A stretch of 64,000 nt of DNA from Phoronis australis (Eukaryota > Animalia > Phoronida). Where the stretch lies: positions 62,001 to 126,000 of the forward strand of contig NMRA01000127.1 of the NCBI GenBank assembly GCA_002633005.1, written 5' to 3'. Below, one piece after another: positions 26,001-38,223 of the stretch (position 1 is the first letter of the stretch; the number at the start of each line of letters is the position of its first letter). The position numbers and the translations under genes are program-made. The notes below the pieces were generated by a model that saw only the letters and a list, made by a program, of their open reading frames with translations, was not told the origin of the DNA and made no database searches.

Positions 26001-29000
26001 TTTAGTTTTTTTGAGCCGATAATGAATTATTTGAGTTTGTCTTGATAGAGCATTTAATTATATATAGTTTGTGTGTGTTTGGAAATTGTTGCATTGCAAA
26101 CTTTTTGTTCATCCGCAATTCGTTTTTTTCTTGCTCTTACGTAATTTAACGACTTTTCGTAATTATTCGGGTTTCTCTTTTCGGTGACTTTCAATTGACA
26201 TTGCTTATATTGTGGTCTTTTTGGTGACTTTCAATTGACATTACTTTTATTGTGGTGTTTTTTCAGTTTCCTTTTTCAGTACATGTACCACTAACATAAC
26301 CGTGGCAAGATTCTTTAACTTCATTTCCTTATACTTCAGGATTGTGTGTCAACTAGGAACTCTTTTTAGGTGTTGGACGTCTTACTTTCTTGAGCGAATT
26401 CAATGTCGATAGGGTATAGGTGGTTTCACGTTGCTATTTACAATGTATTGTTCAACTGTCATGTTCAGGTTAAACTTTATGTTCGTTGGGTATGAAGCGC
26501 TCCCGCAGATAGTTATTCATAAAACGCAGAGATATACGAATATTTTTATGACAAGAGATACTACATGTAAAGACCATTAACGGTTAATGAGGGTGAAATT
26601 GACCAGTGAACTGTTTTCTGCCAATTCTAGCTTCTTCAGAGATCTCTCATAAGTTGAAACTAGCACACGCTGTTGTACAGGCATTCATTGCAATAGGTGC
26701 TTAATATTCATTGCAGAAATGAAGAGAACATTCATTCCTTTATCTTTGATCACGCACAGCCGTCACTGTCAGAAAAAAATAAATGTATTATTCATGTAGT
26801 TATTTTCTCCTCGTTTCTACAATGAGTTTTAGACAGCTATTTCGCTACTTTCTTGAACAAGTGCGTGTGTCAATCCGAATTTACGAGAGGACTCTGAGAA
26901 AGCTGGAATCGGCAGAAACCAGCGTAGTGTTCAACAGCATATCAGAATATTTGATTTCGACATGCACATAACTTACAATGATTTACATAAAAGTGGAACT
27001 GAAAATGTGGCACGACTCTCATCAATCCGCGAAGACCAGTGTTGACGATGAATAATGCTGTCGAATTTTTGTTTTCGTATCAGTTCCCCATGAACTGTAC
27101 ATGTAGTTACTCTTGTTCCAGACTTTCAGCGTAGCTGATGGCTTGAAGACGGCGCTTCCACAAGGTCTCTCGCGGTGCGTCCGCCGACACTCTACCGACA
27201 CCGAAGTTAACAAGCTCATCGAGAGATCTATTGCCGTAAAAGCAGAGAGCACACTCGCCAAGCAGCACATTAAACCCACTCTCCTTCTGTTCGAAGACCC
27301 GGAGATAAACGAAAGATACGTGGAAATACGGGATGAAACCTTCAAGTCAAACATGGCGTGCACTATAATTGTCTTCCTGTTAATTATTATAGTGCATATC
27401 CTAGTGCTTCCGAGGTTCGTAGATGTCCAGTTATCTTTTTAATGTTAAGTGTTGAATATACGCAGCCAAAGGTTTTGTATTAACGATGTTTTGACAGTGT
27501 TATCGGGTATAACTCCAAGAGTTTCTCAAAACCATGCCGATAGTTGGCGTTCCTGTCAGACTGACGGCCAAAGTGTGCATAAGTTGGCAGTTTCTTGACG
27601 AAACAAACCTGTCGCTGGTCGATGTCCTACATGTACATTTAGTTGCCATTTTATGCACCTACTAAATACAACTGTTTTCAACATAAACTGGGTAACATTG
27701 AAATTCGACGAATTTTTGACGCACAAAACCGCAGGTAAATATCGAAATCGACAAGAATACGGAATATTTGATATTGTAGTTTCCTATGAATCGGCGCCTG
27801 AGTTGCAGACGATATAGTATCCAGCAATTGAAAACTGAGACATAAGTGTCATATAATTAACAGTTTTGTTCCAGATTTTACGTTTAGGGCCTGGTTTCAT
27901 GTCGAGTGTTAGTTGCACTGCTGCAACTGTGTTACTTAAAACTATGTTCGGAAAGTTTGATGATCGAACCGGCTGAAGACGTCGAGTCGACATTGACCTA
28001 CCTGTTGAACCTTTCATGTCAGAGGTCACTGTTGAAGTAGTGCGGGAGGTGAATACGGAACACATTATTACATGGCCGTATTTCCCTCTACTGAATCAAC
28101 GCGTATGGGATAAAAATTAAGTAAAACCTTCAGATGTACAAGTATAATAAAAGAAACTTAATTAAAATGTGACAACCATATTATCTTTCGTTTCAGCCTT
28201 AACCTGTCGCTGGTTATCTTCGCAGTAGTTTTCGTCATCTTCTTACTTATCTTCGGCCTACTTCTCTCCGAGGAGTTCGACCAAATGCCGAAAGCTGTAC
28301 GAAAGGTGGCGGAATGGATCATGTGCCACGGTCACTTCCGCACAGCTCTGATTTTCGTCGTCATCTCTTTGGCAGCCGTGGCCACGCTATCTACTTTCGT
28401 AAGTGCACTGTCAGATCTACGATGACGTAACGGAGGGGTGGGCACTACTACAAGTTCGGGATATAGAGGTCTTCGGAAGCTCTAAAAACAGAATGGCCTT
28501 TTCCCATTTTATTATGTTTGGTGGTGTACTTAGAGGTGAAAACCCCTTATGTTTAGTGTCCTGGCTGAATATCTCTCAATGAAGAACGTGTGCTTTGGTA
28601 TACTGGGGCCGTCAGTCTTGAGCAAGCGTTCCCTAGCTGTGCTGGTGCGGTGATGGGACCGTATTATGACATTCAAATACATGCAGGCATACTTGTGATG
28701 TGACGTGTTTCGAGGAAGGTTAAGATGAAAATGGCACGCGATGTCATCCCGTAATAAAGAATTTCAAAATAAGCGCAAACGCTGGCGTTAAAAACAATGG
28801 TTGGCTTTTTCACTTGCGCTTAAGGTATCATTTCACTTTATGCTAGAAGTAAAGCTATTTAATAAATAATTTGGGTTATTTTCTCAGCTGGGTCACTGAT
28901 AATTTGAGTCAAACGCTGACAACGATGTTTGATGGGTTGTTTCTAAAATATTTTACAGTTTCTGGACATCTACAACACGCCTCCATTTAAAAAGATACCT

Positions 29001-32000
29001 AAATCCAACCTCACATGCTTGCACCGTGAACTGTGTCTCCATCCTCAGGTATGTTGACTACAATTTCATGTTCATTGCCGTAGCGTACTATTTTCGCTCT
29101 GATATCACACAACCGCATTTCATTTGTTTAGTATGGCGTCATTTGGACGTTTTGAACCAGTTGATTAAAATGTCTAAATTAAAAGTACCGTGAAAAAGGC
29201 AAGTTTTACGATATAAAGTACTAAGCACTTCCAAAATTGTTACCCGGTCATGGACCCAGTCAGCTCTAATCTTTCTGTGGGTGGGTAGTTGCATGAAACA
29301 GTCTCTATCAGGGACTCAACTAAATTCTCTAAATGTTTTGCATATTTGTTTCGTTCATAACTCATATATGTTATGTTTTTCTATCATGTTACTTTTATTA
29401 CAAGCTTCTCTTTGACTAATGACATTTTCTAATACTATAACTGAAAACTGAGCCATTATTCAGTCAAAATAATTAGAGACGTAGTCCTTAAATTAGAAGC
29501 GTTGCATGAAAAGATCCCTACTTATTTTCAATATTACTGAGAAATAGACGTAGACTACACTCTCGATTTGTACCAAAGCCTAAAATTGACTTAGTAATGA
29601 TACTTAAAACAAAAATTACAGTCAGTGTTTTCACAAGTTCGCAAATATAGAGTAGATTTAGGGAACTTGGTTGAGTCCCTATTTGGTACTATTTTCGCAC
29701 TGAACTCCCTGGGCCCAAAGAATGAATGCAACCGTTGTAGAACCACACTGATTATTCCAAAGCAAAATTTTGTAAAAAAAAAATCAAATGCTAAATTGCT
29801 CCGGTGGTTTCTGATTTGCATTTTTTTTTAAATTCGACTACAGTTATATTAACATTTGTGGCCCAAACCGCATCTCATTAGCGCGAGACACATTCGAATC
29901 GTGTCCTATAACGTCAAAGCTTGATACCACTCAGCATGAGACTTAAGATGGCCAAAAGTGTTCAAGTCATGATACGCCGGTACGCACACATTTCTTGGCT
30001 AGATTTAACTCCGTCTTAATTCGCTTTGCGGAATCTTTGTTGACAAAATCGCGTCATGTCAAAATCTACGTTGCCAAGTACATTATAGCCCCATTTGCTA
30101 TAACACGTGACTGTCCTTTTTCCTTTCGATGATGACACACAACATCAGGCCAGTGCCAACAAACGTAATTAGACAGACGACTCAAAAATGGACCCATCCC
30201 GTGCCACTTTTCCAGTTGTTTGAATTTCTCCTGGTGGCCGGTCAACACTAAGACTCTGTTTTCACCTGAAAACGCAATTTTTTACCGATATTGTATCCAG
30301 TGAATTCGAAAAACCTAAAACATGAAATATGAAAACGCAACTTCTTTACAAATACGGTTTCCAAGTGTAAGTAATCACTGGCTGTGACAATCAAACTTTC
30401 GAAAACTCGCGAATTTCTTAAAACTCAAATTTTGTTAACGCATACAGCTCTCCTCCACCAGAACCAGCAACCAAAACTACAACTTCTTGAAAACACAGAC
30501 GTCGCGATCGTATTAGCGTGTTCGTACGGACTGGAAACGACGCAACTTTTTGAAAAGTGATATGAATCACGATCATATGCAGCGTTTCTGTGTGGACGGA
30601 AAATTTTTAGTTTATATTACTCTTTGAAAATGTTCAAATTTGGCAACCTTTAGACCATCATATGAAACTTTCGGATGCTACGTTTTTTGCAATGTTCTAC
30701 AAACCGTGCTTCTGAACACTTATTAAAATGTTCCACTTCCGCATGGGGGCCATCAAAAATAGGACTTAACATGATTTTTTGGAAAGAACATAATAATTTA
30801 GAACATTGAACAACATTTTTGAGAGTTCATCTTCGAAATTTATATCAAATGAAATTCAGTGAATGTTTCTGTTTTGTTATGAATGTACCTTTTCACAAAC
30901 TTTTACTAAAAAACATGGTCACCTGACCCGTTGAAGTAATTGGAGATTAGCCATGAAGTCAAAATGAAGTCAGCATGGATTTTCACGCACGTTCTAGTCT
31001 CAGAAAATGTATGTGAGACAAAGCAGTTTGATACTTCTGTAGATACCGGTATCTGGTTAAATCCAGGGACTTGTCGACAAGATCCTAAACGTAATGCAAA
31101 AAATGCGTTTTCGATCGTATTGGCGTATTCGTGTGAGCTTTTGATACGAAAACGATGAGCGTGGACGAACATTTTTAAATGAGGCGAACTACATACATGT
31201 GTGGACGCGGAGATTTTTTTTGAAAATTGCATATAAACAAAGTACCGTTTCCAAGTGAAATCGGGGCTCGATCGAGATGATAATCACAGCGATCTCAGTT
31301 TTAACTGCAAAACATTTGTTATTTCATTCAATCGTTGGGTTTCGTTTCAGTACATTCTGAGCACGTGGTTGGTGGTTGTGTCACTTTGCGGCGTTTTCAT
31401 TCACTTCAACTACTTAGTGAAGAGCACCACAGCGATCTTGTTGACCGCGTTGGCTTGGATACTCGTTTTTGTGGTCTATAAAGACTTCTTGCTGCAGTTT
31501 TACCCGTAAGTTCTTTTGAAGCATCATCTTTTGCATGTAGTCTATATAGGTACAGTGCGTGTAGGCCGACACCGTACACTCAAACGGTTAAACGCCTCAC
31601 TGGTAGCGAGAACAGCCCGCTTATGAGACGAATTCTATAACTAATATTCCAGCCTCTCTGATCAATCAGTTCAGTGACCGCCAAATCGACAGTGTACCCC
31701 GGCAAGATGCCGAGAGTATAGTGTTGCGCGATTTTACTTTCTCGCTACAGAACACATCCCTGCAGGCTCTGCAGGTCCTCACCACCTCAGTGCATAGTCT
31801 TTACGAGATGTAGTAATGCAAGACAGGCAGCGCATCTCACACTGTACGTTACAGAGCGGGTGTTCTCCGGAAAGTAAATTAATTTTAGGAAACACGAGAT
31901 TACATAAGATCACACAAAATCAAGCTAGTAAAAACAAGTGGTTGTAAAGTAAGGTTGGGACCCATTTGGGGCACCTCGGGTATATTCGTAACCTCAGATT

Positions 32001-35000
32001 ATCGGTCGGTGATGGGTTTTTAACTGGTAGCACCGCCAAGCGATGGTCAATTTTCAATCTTTGGTCTGCCTCCTGTCTTGGTTAAAGACTGTTTGTTTGC
32101 TACGGGACGGCAGTCTCCATTTGAGAATCCAACGACTCTCCGCAGTGGTTGAAATTCGCTTTTTGCAACACCTATGAGGGATAACTTGAGACTTGAAAAT
32201 ACTCGATGTGTTCCGTATACTCAGAACCTTAACAGCGTAGACCAACAACTTTTCCGTTTCTGAAATGATTTTTTCGAGGAGAATGTAATGTAAGTCTTTG
32301 TGGATATCCACAATTTCCGTTGCAATTTTTCGTCACAAGTGTCTCGCGGGCGTCTCAAGTGAATGGAAGGCGTTCCGCAACGCGTATAAGTTTCTTTCTT
32401 GAAAATCGAGTGCACGACCATAGTCATACGAGTGTCATTTCTAGCGTGTGGTGCATTAGCAAATTGACGACATTACAATAATTAATCGACGAGGCTGGGG
32501 TGTTGAATTATTGTACAAAATGCAATGTTTTAAATTATAAAAGATTTCGCTACCTTACAGTATTCAGAGTGTCTTGCAGGAAACTTCCATTTCTGTCCTT
32601 ACCCATCAGCCACTTAATGGCTACCTCATTGAGCTGGCCAGTGCCTATAGCATGCTGCATAGATTACCTGTTCTCGATGTCACTGACTCTTTCACCTTTT
32701 GTTACCTCATAGTCTCGCTATAATGCCCTTTTAATTGCATTTGTTACAAACGATAATTATCCGCTGAAACTAGCTCACTTTTTTCTGGTGCATGTTAACT
32801 GTACTCACGATACTGTTTCACACGTAATGTTGGTCAATGAAAACACTACTTTTCAGATCAGCAAATAGGGCCTCGCTGGATCGATTTGTCTTCAATGTTA
32901 TTGTCTTCCTAGTTATCCTGCTATGCTATTGTCGCCAGGTGAGATTTGAAAAATAATGAGTTTGCTTGTCTAATACCTTAATTAGCCAAATTAGCCAGTT
33001 TGGCCTACCTAGTGGAAGTCTGGTATTGTGCATTATACTTTTCGAACAAGTATCTTGCATACTTCAGTCAAGCCTGAATTAGGTATACAACACTGCTACA
33101 GTATTCCGCCAATTTCGATGCAAGCCCTTAGGCACGTACAAGCCTTGCCTAAAAATTGTCTATTTAAATTTCTTGGTAACCCTACAGGTATAAAAAGACG
33201 AGAGGTGCTGTACAAGTAGTTGAGATGCTACTGGTCTTTACAGTTTTTCCTTCTCGCCTGTTACAATTTTCGAGCAACGCCCAGCCATCACATTATCCCA
33301 ACCCCCCGCAGTCGCCACAGGTGGAGCATAATTTTCTAGGCGCCCATGTGACTATTAGGCGGAACTCCAATTTCGTGCGGTGGCCCTAAGCTGCAGGCCG
33401 TAAGCAACAGCTTACAGTGGCTACTTGAAGGGATAATCCGACACTTCCGTGAACTTTTTAACGTTTTGTGAATGCTTGGTCACATCCAAAGATTTGCACA
33501 CTGGCGTTGTGTAACGATAAGGACGGAAATGGAAACGGAATATTGTAACACGCTTAGTGCTAAGTACTAACAGAATTATTCAGCAAGGGAGAGGGGACAA
33601 ACGACCGAAATGCGACCTGGAGCACTTTCCGATGAGTGGGAGTGCACAAGCAATGCGCGTCGAATAGGTAGGGAGGTATTGCGTTTGTGCCGTAAACCTG
33701 GTGGCCATAGCCTCATTGAACCCCAACGTGTTATACCAGTTCCCCCACTTTGACATTTCACTAATCAGTGTTCTCGAACGAATCTCTAACAAGATACCAT
33801 TACCAGACAAAGGTTGAATCTAAAATACTCAAAATGACAGAGCAAACATTGTTGTGCATAGACGAACTTAGGTAGGCACTGGGTACTCCCTTCCCCGTCG
33901 TATGGACGCGACCAAAGAAAAGAACGTCGCCAATTGTATGGCCTACACAAACGTTTAAATTCGAAAACTGTGCTTGGCCCCTCATTTCCAAGTATTTGAT
34001 AATTTTATAGCTTGAACGCAACGCCCGACTGGATTTTCTTTGGAAGTTACAAGCAAAGCAAGAAATTGAAGACATGACAGATCTCAGGGAGCACAACAAG
34101 CAGCTTCTAAGAAACATATTGCCAGAGCACGTGACTGGGTACTACCTCGGCACTAAAAGACGGCACGAGGTTAGTTGTCAACTACCAGGACCAAGTGTTG
34201 GTTTTGGAATTGCATAACATCAAACTTGGAATCTTGTTTAATTCAAGAAGATTCCATTTTAAAACTATATTTATTTGGCTTAGCTGCCGGAAAAAGCAGC
34301 ATCAGCGCCCGGGCTGAATTCCCTAAACACAACAACCCCTGAAGAAGCTAGTGTGATCACCCCTAGGTGATCACGTGCTTCAATTCCAAAACGTATCTTT
34401 TGGAGTCTTGCATGGTCGCGCGTAATAGCAAGGTTCTCGCGCCAATGGAACGCACTTTAGATGACTCATTGTTACAGAATTTGACTTGAATGAGAACACT
34501 TTTAATACCGGTGTCCCGAACAGCATTACGAGACATCTAGTCAAAAATGAGACTTGCATGGCCACATATTCTCATGAGAACCTTTTGCCGTTGTTTTTGT
34601 TTCTTAATAAAAGTAAAAACTGGATTCCTGATCGTCTATTCCAATAGGACGGCTTCGTAGTATGCCAAAAATAATATGAATAATAATTAAAGTTGCCGCA
34701 TTAATCAAACCCTACAAATGATTGCATTTGGTATAAGTTACATGTATAGCAACAAAACTATCATAACTCTTTCCGGAATGCTAGGCAAATAATATGCTAC
34801 ACACATCTACTGAGAGAACTGACGCGTTATTTAATATATGCGTTCTAGATGAACGTGCTATCGTGAAAACACGTACGCGCCAACTATTATCAGACTTGGA
34901 TTTTCATAATTCTAATGTTTACCAACTTTTGAAAATAAGCTAGACAGGTTTGCTTGAGTAGTGTAATGTTTGAAATGTTTACATGTCTAGATAGATCGCT

Positions 35001-38000
35001 TGTTGTTGAATTGCTGCAAAAGTCGACCTTCTGAAATTGACAAACTTAAACACGAGAAAAGGAATATACTCCCAGTACACACATTGTCACGGCTTATCAA
35101 AATTATTCTATCTGCGTATTTATTATTAAACTTCTCTAAGCATTTGCTATTTTGGATCAATGTACATTATCTATAAAAAATACACCTTTCATTAAACACA
35201 CGTAAAGATTGTTCATAGGTAGGGCGGAACACTGGCAATTTCAATGTTCGGCTAAGTCCCCAACGGGAGACACCGTGTTCTACTGTATGTTCCGGGTTAT
35301 TTTTGTGAATAATTAGATCATAGTTGGGTAATAATTTTGACAAAAATGGTACTGTAAGATTCAGGCTGCAGCGGGCACTGAACTTCAGAATGTGACAGTT
35401 GTTCTGAATCACTGTGTAGTCACGAATGACTTGTTGTTCTATCAACACCTGGCATGGGCGGAGCACCATAGGGGGCTGGGGGGCTATAGCCCCTCATTTT
35501 TTTCAGTGTCAAGGATATGGAAGTTTCTGTTGGTGATTTGCAACTGCAGGATGCTTTTTTACTAAGAACGGCTTTGAAATAATTTTCGAAACACTAATTT
35601 TTATCGTATACATGTTATCTCACTCCACATTTTATTTGTTTTCTGTCGTTTAGGATCTTTACGCACAATCTTACGAACAAGTAGGCGTCATGTTTGCTTC
35701 AATTCCGAACTTCACGGAATTCTATTCCGAGCTGTCCAAGAATTACGAATCTAAAGAATGCCTGCGACTTCTGAATGAAATCATCGCTGACTTTGACGAG
35801 GTGACTATACATTTTCGCAATCCCGCTTAACTCCGGTAAAAAGCAACCATTCCAAAATACATCACTTATGCTAGTGCCGTAATTCTGTCACAATGTTTCC
35901 GACTTCACTATCGTGTAAGCTGCAGCTAGTTTAATAACAACTGATGCCGACACACACTGGAATGTGGCATTGCAAAGGCATTACAGGTGGTTCTGGTAGC
36001 AAGATTCACGCGTCCCCTTTTCTATGATTCGTTGCATTCGCAGCATCAGAGATTCATAAACTACTGTTAAGATGTGCACAGCTTATCTGGAAAGGGTAAT
36101 TGGACTCATGCCAACCTTTCCATGTGTAAAACAAAAGAATGTCACAAGTATGAAGTGTGGGCTTGCACTATTTTTCCATAAATTCAAAAAATATGTCGAA
36201 AATGACGTCCCATGACGTCATATCACTAGGTGCGAGCAGTTTAAAAATGATCAATTATCGATTAGGGCAACTGAATGATAAACTGTTCTAACTGAGAAGA
36301 GTTAAAGACATAGTGACCTCCTAAGGTACATGTCTGTGCGCTAAAGGTACTTACAGCAACATGACTTAGAAAACTTGCTTAAGTTCTATGTTGATCTTTT
36401 GGTTTAAATATCCTCTAAATTATTTTTGAAGAATGTAATTTGAGTTAAAGTACGTTTAGCGTTAAAATGGAATGAAGCATGGATGTTTAAGATAACAACA
36501 GATGGTATTTTACTGAGTTATGATGTTTCAAATTGGTACTCCAGAACTAACCAAAGTGTGCCAGTGGACTTTGAGACTCGGTGCCTCATTGTCACTCTCG
36601 TACTGGTTGTAAGTAACGCATCACTCATGCAGCTACAGAGCTGCCTGTTTTCCAGACCAGAAAGGAGAAGAGTATTTGCTTCGCGACACATTGAGCATTA
36701 TTATATGTAAACATAAACGTGTTATAAGACTAACGCGGTCAGTTATAATGCGCCGACGCCAATTATACTCCCACGCGCTCCATTCTTCACAAGTTCGTTC
36801 ATCTGGGTAATTATTTCAGCTTCTCGGTGAGGAAAGATTCAAAGATCTGGAGAAGATCAAAACAATTGGTAGCACGTACATGGTGGCTTCAGGCTTGACG
36901 CCCGGGGAAGATTCCTCCAAGTCCTGGCACCACTTGCACGCGCTTGTGGACTTTGCATTCGAGATTCAAGATATGTTGAAGAAAATAAACGAGGACTCGT
37001 TTAATAATTTCAAAATTCGTATAGGTAAATATCAACTAGATATTTGTACTTATCACTCAAAATGTATAGTAACGTATTTTAATATGTACAAGCTTTTTAT
37101 ATTCAGTTGTGTGTACACGCACCTTAGACAAGCAGATCATATTTTAAATTCGCCACTAGTATTATGTGGAAACTTTCAAGCAGAACTTTGCATTTAACCA
37201 AATATCTAGAAAACCATGGAATTCAAAATAGTAAAATTCAAATCTTTCTAAAAGTAGAAAGCGTGTATAAATTGATTTTTATACTATCTGTCATTTATTC
37301 AGTCAAGATGCTATGTCTTTTTATTATACCCGGTAGTTAAACAGAAAGCCAGGTACACCTACAGCAGAATGCCTGTTTATTATGACGGCAAAAGTGGATG
37401 ATTTTAAAACAATTGCAAACAGTGTGCGTAAAAATCACGACCAGTTTCATTTGAAATCGATGAGCCATTTTTGAGATATGATGTTCCGATATGTTGGAAA
37501 AAACTAAACATTTTGTAGGTTCCTCCACAACCATAAATCATGAAGTGTTTTGATTTTTATAAAACTACGGGAACTTAGTCCGGATTGACATGCACGGTAG
37601 CGCTACCTATCAGCTGTTTTTGTTTTGAAGGTATTCACGTTGGACCAGTTGTAGCCGGAGTGATAGGAGCACGCAAACCTCAGTACGACATCTGGGGAAA
37701 CACCGTGAATGTAGCTAGTCGAATGGACTCAAGTGGGACTATGTCTCATATCCAGGTAGATGAGGATACCGCGGGTATCCTATCCCAGATGGGATACGAT
37801 TGTATTTTTAGAGGCGTAGTGCAAATAAAGGGGAAGGGTGAGCTAAAAACGTACTACGTTAAAGGGCGGAGTAAACGCGCTCGAAAAACAACCAGTGGAG
37901 GCCTTGCCGCGGGAAGCGCCTGCCACACATTGGCTGCGCTGGTGCATGGCCTAGTACAGCAACGGAGGAAGCAGAAACGGCGAGAACAGCAAAAGCAAAG

Positions 38001-38223
38001 AGTCTCAAAAACTGCGAGTAGCTGCAGTCAGAGCTATTCTAGGGATAAGAAATATTCGTGTCACATGACCTCTACGACACTTACAGAGCAGGAAACCCTC
38101 TCGCGGCCCACGTCCGATATTAAATCTGGCCGCACGAGCTTAGGCGCTCTATCGCCATCTCTCTCGCCGCCGTCCGACCTCAGAAACTGTAATAGTGGGC
38201 TTCCCAATGCGTCAGTTACCTGA
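1085..38223 (+). CDS. ADCY8: Membrane adenylyl cyclase, type 8-like; complete gene model with 18 coding exons, ~1297 aa
   Basis: Exons 1085-2044, 10892-11041, 11741-11874, 15442-15553, 16008-16135, 16974-17132, 24450-24597, 24939-25076, 25843-25881, 27122-27414, 28197-28398, 28959-29048, 31351-31505, 32857-32938, 34011-34169, 35654-35800, 36820-37024, 37631-38223. All introns are GT-AG, phases are consistent, and the total is 3894 nt. TM-C1-TM-C2 layout. C1a metal-binding Asp in FADI and GDCY; C2a [24 protein letters not shown]8-type segments: [60 protein letters not shown]. Confidence 0.9.
4638..4779. repeat. Tandem duplication, 2 x 69 bp
   Basis: attcaggttaaa(t/c)attgcttgtgagtggtat... starts at 4638 and at 4707. 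Confidence 0.9.
5551..5708 (+). repeat. Left terminal inverted repeat of the Kolobok element
   Basis: Reverse complement of 7334-7491, with about 9 mismatches counted by eye. Confidence 0.95.
5885..6160 (+). pseudogene. Truncated KolX-like accessory ORF (P2X7 C-terminal ballast-like Cys-rich domain)
   Basis: Acidic leader, then YMFEPEY...[27 protein letters not shown] (WCxCxxCxxM...ECxCCxE). Homology stops where the antisense transposase sequence begins. Confidence 0.8.
6155..7226 (-). pseudogene. Truncated, frameshifted Kolobok THAP-DDE transposase
   Basis: THAP finger (CCVPEC...LHRFP...W...VCGKHF...LKKDAIPS), Ser/Pro linker, CQVC...CVTGH finger. Frameshift at the A8 run 6352-6359, then [15 protein letters not shown]...KIIDVEL. 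C-terminal catalytic half is missing. Confidence 0.85.
7334..7491 (-). repeat. Right terminal inverted repeat of the Kolobok element
   Basis: ...ggttgccttcgcct|ttaa mirrors ttaa|aggcgaaggcaacc. Confidence 0.95.
10892..11041 (+). CDS. ADCY8: AC8-like exon 2
   Basis: ttgcag|AFCDIFLL...[10 protein letters not shown]...ENDNQ|gtaggg; 150 nt. Confidence 0.93.
11741..11874 (+). CDS. ADCY8: AC8-like exon 3
   Basis: ccgcag|[19 protein letters not shown]...HRYENV|gtgagg. Confidence 0.95.
12912..14355. repeat. 203-bp direct repeat pair (12912-13114 and 14153-14355)
   Basis: gattgtgtttggcgacctatg...tcataaca occurs twice with about 7 mismatches. Confidence 0.93.
15442..15553 (+). CDS. ADCY8: AC8-like exon 4 (C1a)
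   Basis: tttcag|[10 protein letters not shown]...[13 protein letters not shown]|gtgaga. Confidence 0.95.
16008..16135 (+). CDS. ADCY8: AC8-like exon 5 (C1a)
   Basis: ttgaag|[42 protein letters not shown]|gtaagt. Confidence 0.95.
16974..17132 (+). CDS. ADCY8: AC8-like exon 6 (C1a)
   Basis: atgtag|[19 protein letters not shown]...[22 protein letters not shown]|gtaaga. Confidence 0.95.
19104..19976 (-). mobile_element. Non-autonomous element spanning the assembly gap; inverted copy of 49956-50953
   Basis: cataggcggattta...tagatccgccactg; both visible ends match the reverse complement of the 50-kb copy. Confidence 0.75.
19169..19850. other. Assembly gap (682 N)
   Basis: Run of N. Confidence 1.
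24450..24597 (+). CDS. ADCY8: AC8-like exon 7 (end of C1a)
   Basis: ttacag|[20 protein letters not shown]...[14 protein letters not shown]|gtgagt. Confidence 0.9.
24939..25076 (+). CDS. ADCY8: AC8-like exon 8 (C1b, candidate)
   Basis: ttttag|[13 protein letters not shown]...STIIPFDT|gtgagt; open, 138 nt, phase 0-0; weak homology. Confidence 0.7.
25843..25881 (+). CDS. ADCY8: AC8-like exon 9 (39-nt micro-exon, candidate)
   Basis: tctttag|[13 protein letters not shown]|gtaagt; strong splice sites, phase 0-0; no homology support. Confidence 0.55.
26181..26262. repeat. Tandem duplication, 2 x ~40 bp
   Basis: ggtgactttcaattgacatt...tattgtggt occurs twice. Confidence 0.85.
27122..27414 (+). CDS. 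ADCY8: AC8-like exon 10 (C1b to TM7)
   Basis: ttccag|TFSVADG...[10 protein letters not shown]...[11 protein letters not shown]...LVLP|gttcgt. Confidence 0.88.
28197..28398 (+). CDS. ADCY8: AC8-like exon 11 (TM8-9)
   Basis: tttcag|[12 protein letters not shown]...[18 protein letters not shown]...LSTF|gtaagt. Confidence 0.9.
28959..29048 (+). CDS. ADCY8: AC8-like exon 12 (90-nt extracellular loop)
   Basis: ttacag|[30 protein letters not shown]|gtatgt; contains an NLT sequon. Confidence 0.88.
31351..31505 (+). CDS. ADCY8: AC8-like exon 13 (TM10-11)
   Basis: tttcag|[25 protein letters not shown]...QFY|gtaagt. Confidence 0.9.
32857..32938 (+). CDS. ADCY8: AC8-like exon 14 (TM12)
   Basis: tttcag|[27 protein letters not shown]|gtgaga. 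Confidence 0.88.
34011..34169 (+). CDS. ADCY8: AC8-like exon 15
   Basis: ttatag|[15 protein letters not shown]...[13 protein letters not shown]...RRHE|gttagt. Confidence 0.95.
35654..35800 (+). CDS. ADCY8: AC8-like exon 16 (C2a)
   Basis: gtttag|[20 protein letters not shown]...[15 protein letters not shown]|gtgact. Confidence 0.95.
36820..37024 (+). CDS. ADCY8: AC8-like exon 17 (C2a)
   Basis: tttcag|[26 protein letters not shown]...SFNNFKIRI|gtaaat. Confidence 0.95.
37631..38223 (+). CDS. ADCY8: AC8-like last coding exon (C2a end and C2b)
   Basis: ttgaag|[33 protein letters not shown]...KGKGELKTY...TGA. Confidence 0.95.

Noticed and set aside
32230-32430. Possible hAT dimerisation-domain relic on the minus strand (AER...LRR...DIHKD)
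   Set aside because: Requires several frameshifts; too degenerate to support.
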